Origin: Schmidtea polychroa
Taxonomy: Eukaryota
Reading direction: 5' to 3'
NCBI GenBank assembly: GCA_044892525.1
Contig: CM097887.1
Span: 41,292,001 to 41,356,000 of the forward strand
Length of the DNA: 64,000 nt
In this document: positions 62,755 to 64,000 of the stretch, piece by piece
Layout: each line of letters opens with the position of its first letter
Position numbering within the stretch: the first letter of the stretch is position 1
The notes under the pieces: generated by a model
The model's input: only the letters and a program-made list of their open reading frames with translations
Database searches by the model: none
What the model was told of the DNA's origin: nothing
Program-made: the position numbers and the translations under genes

Positions 62755-63900
62755 TTTGTATGTACCTGTGTCGATTAGAAAATCAGTGTTATTTGTGTGC
62801 ACCAAAAATGTATTGTTTTTGTCACTGAATGTAGGTGCTATCAACAGTGATATTTTTAGTTTTCCTGCTCTATCTTGTGAAATTCGCAGGGTTTTGTGCA
62901 TTTGTATGCTTTGTCTCCAAATTTGTTGTGGAAATAGCAATTGTTTTTGTTTAAAAAATGATTTCTTAATTCCCTTTCTAGGCTGTTTCGGTAGTTGTTG
63001 TATTGGTTTGGGGAGTTTGACCGGTTTCTGTAGTGGTTGCTTGGAGATTGTTTGTGGCTGTAGTTCTGCCTGTTGTTTCCGTCTGATGATTGGTTGTAGT
63101 TTTGTCTGTTATGATTGTCTGATTGTTGGCTTGTGTAGAAATTGTTTCTATTATATACATCTGTAGTTCCGTTTGGATTGAAATTTTTCCTCTTTCATTT
63201 CTCTTTTATTTCGGCTAGTTCTGCTTTTATTTGTCTGTTCTCGACAATTATTTCTTTGAATTTGCTAAATAATGTGTTTATTAGTTGGTTTGATATTTCG
63301 TTTGATTCAGTATTTTTGTTGTTAGTCTGGTTGTTGTAATTTATTTAGTTTCTGCTGTAATTTTGAGTGCTGGATATAGTCGGATAAATTTCTTTATTAA
63401 TTTGATCTGGTATGTCTGTTAGCGTTTCTAAATCGGAATTACTGCTGGCTGCGAAAATGCGTCTCATTTCTGGTGACATTGCTCACATAAAATATTCTTT
63501 CACTAATTCGTTCGATCCTGAATTAGTGATATTTGATTGGAGGTACTCCAATTTTTGTTTTAGTTGGCGGAGGAAATCTGTGGGTTTGTTGTCTCTTAGT
63601 TGTGTATTGTTGAGGCATGATTTCAGCATTTGTTTCCTGTTGTTTTTGTTTGCTAGGGCGTTGCTAAGTTTCTTGAATGGGTCTTCGCTTTTCGAAATTT
63701 ATTCGATTTGGTCAGCGATTTCGTTTAGTTTGCTGCTTGGGAGTGCGGCGATTATATTCGAACATAGCGTTTTTGTCTACTTTATTCCGGATAAAGGTAT
63801 GGTTTGCTTTGCGAATTCTAACCATTTTTGGGGTGTTCCGTTGTCATCGTTGAAGTAGTTGTGGATATTTGTTCTGGGGTTAATAACTGAATTTATGATG
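62755..63900 (-). pseudogene. Ty3/gypsy gag-protease remnant of a different family
   Basis: QLRDNKPTDFLRQLKQKL...FMCAMSPEMRRIFA; GDKAYKCTKPCEF; FLIDTGT; stops and frameshifts. Confidence 0.7.
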
Positions 63901-64000
63901 TATGTGTGTGTTATCTGTACTGGTGTTTGGGTTATAGTAGTAGTTGGTATTTTCCGTCATGTGCATCATTTCGTCGTTGTTGGGTGTTTATGAGATATTT

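Overview
AT-rich eukaryotic (metazoan) genomic DNA. The host genes have 42-52 bp introns, which together with the TE type suggests a planarian-like flatworm; this is inference. The window is dominated by one apparently intact 29.8-kb Ty3/gypsy-type LTR element (10685-40485): 3,847-bp LTRs, TGTTGGG...CCCAACA ends, a 4-bp AAAT TSD and a tRNA-Pro-type PBS. Its single 4,617-aa polyprotein runs Gag-CA, 3x CCHC, ubiquitin-like domains, Bcl-2-like domain, internal signal peptide, chuvirus-like fusion glycoprotein with TM anchor, protease, RT, RNase H, integrase, duplicated ankyrin module, then a second signal-peptide/ectodomain/TM unit. The envelope therefore lies between gag and pol in one frame. 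The element also carries seven small ORFs: an IAP-type RING, a full-length TRAF, three coiled-coil proteins, a type I membrane protein and an LTR-encoded ORF. They are laid out like an operon, with splice-acceptor-like YAG just before each ATG, poly(A) hexamers after each ORF and dense TGTAHATA motifs in the spacers. A decayed, divergent relative with the same Ubl-Bcl2-glycoprotein-PR-RT-RH-IN order lies on the minus strand at about 53.6-62.1 kb, so the architecture looks like a lineage trait. Host genes are TMEM35-like, FAM98-like, a PAN/C-type lectin and a 422-aa orphan. hAT MITEs, a Helitron, and BEL, gypsy and RLE-LINE remnants fill the rest. All domain calls are motif recognition by eye, without database searches.
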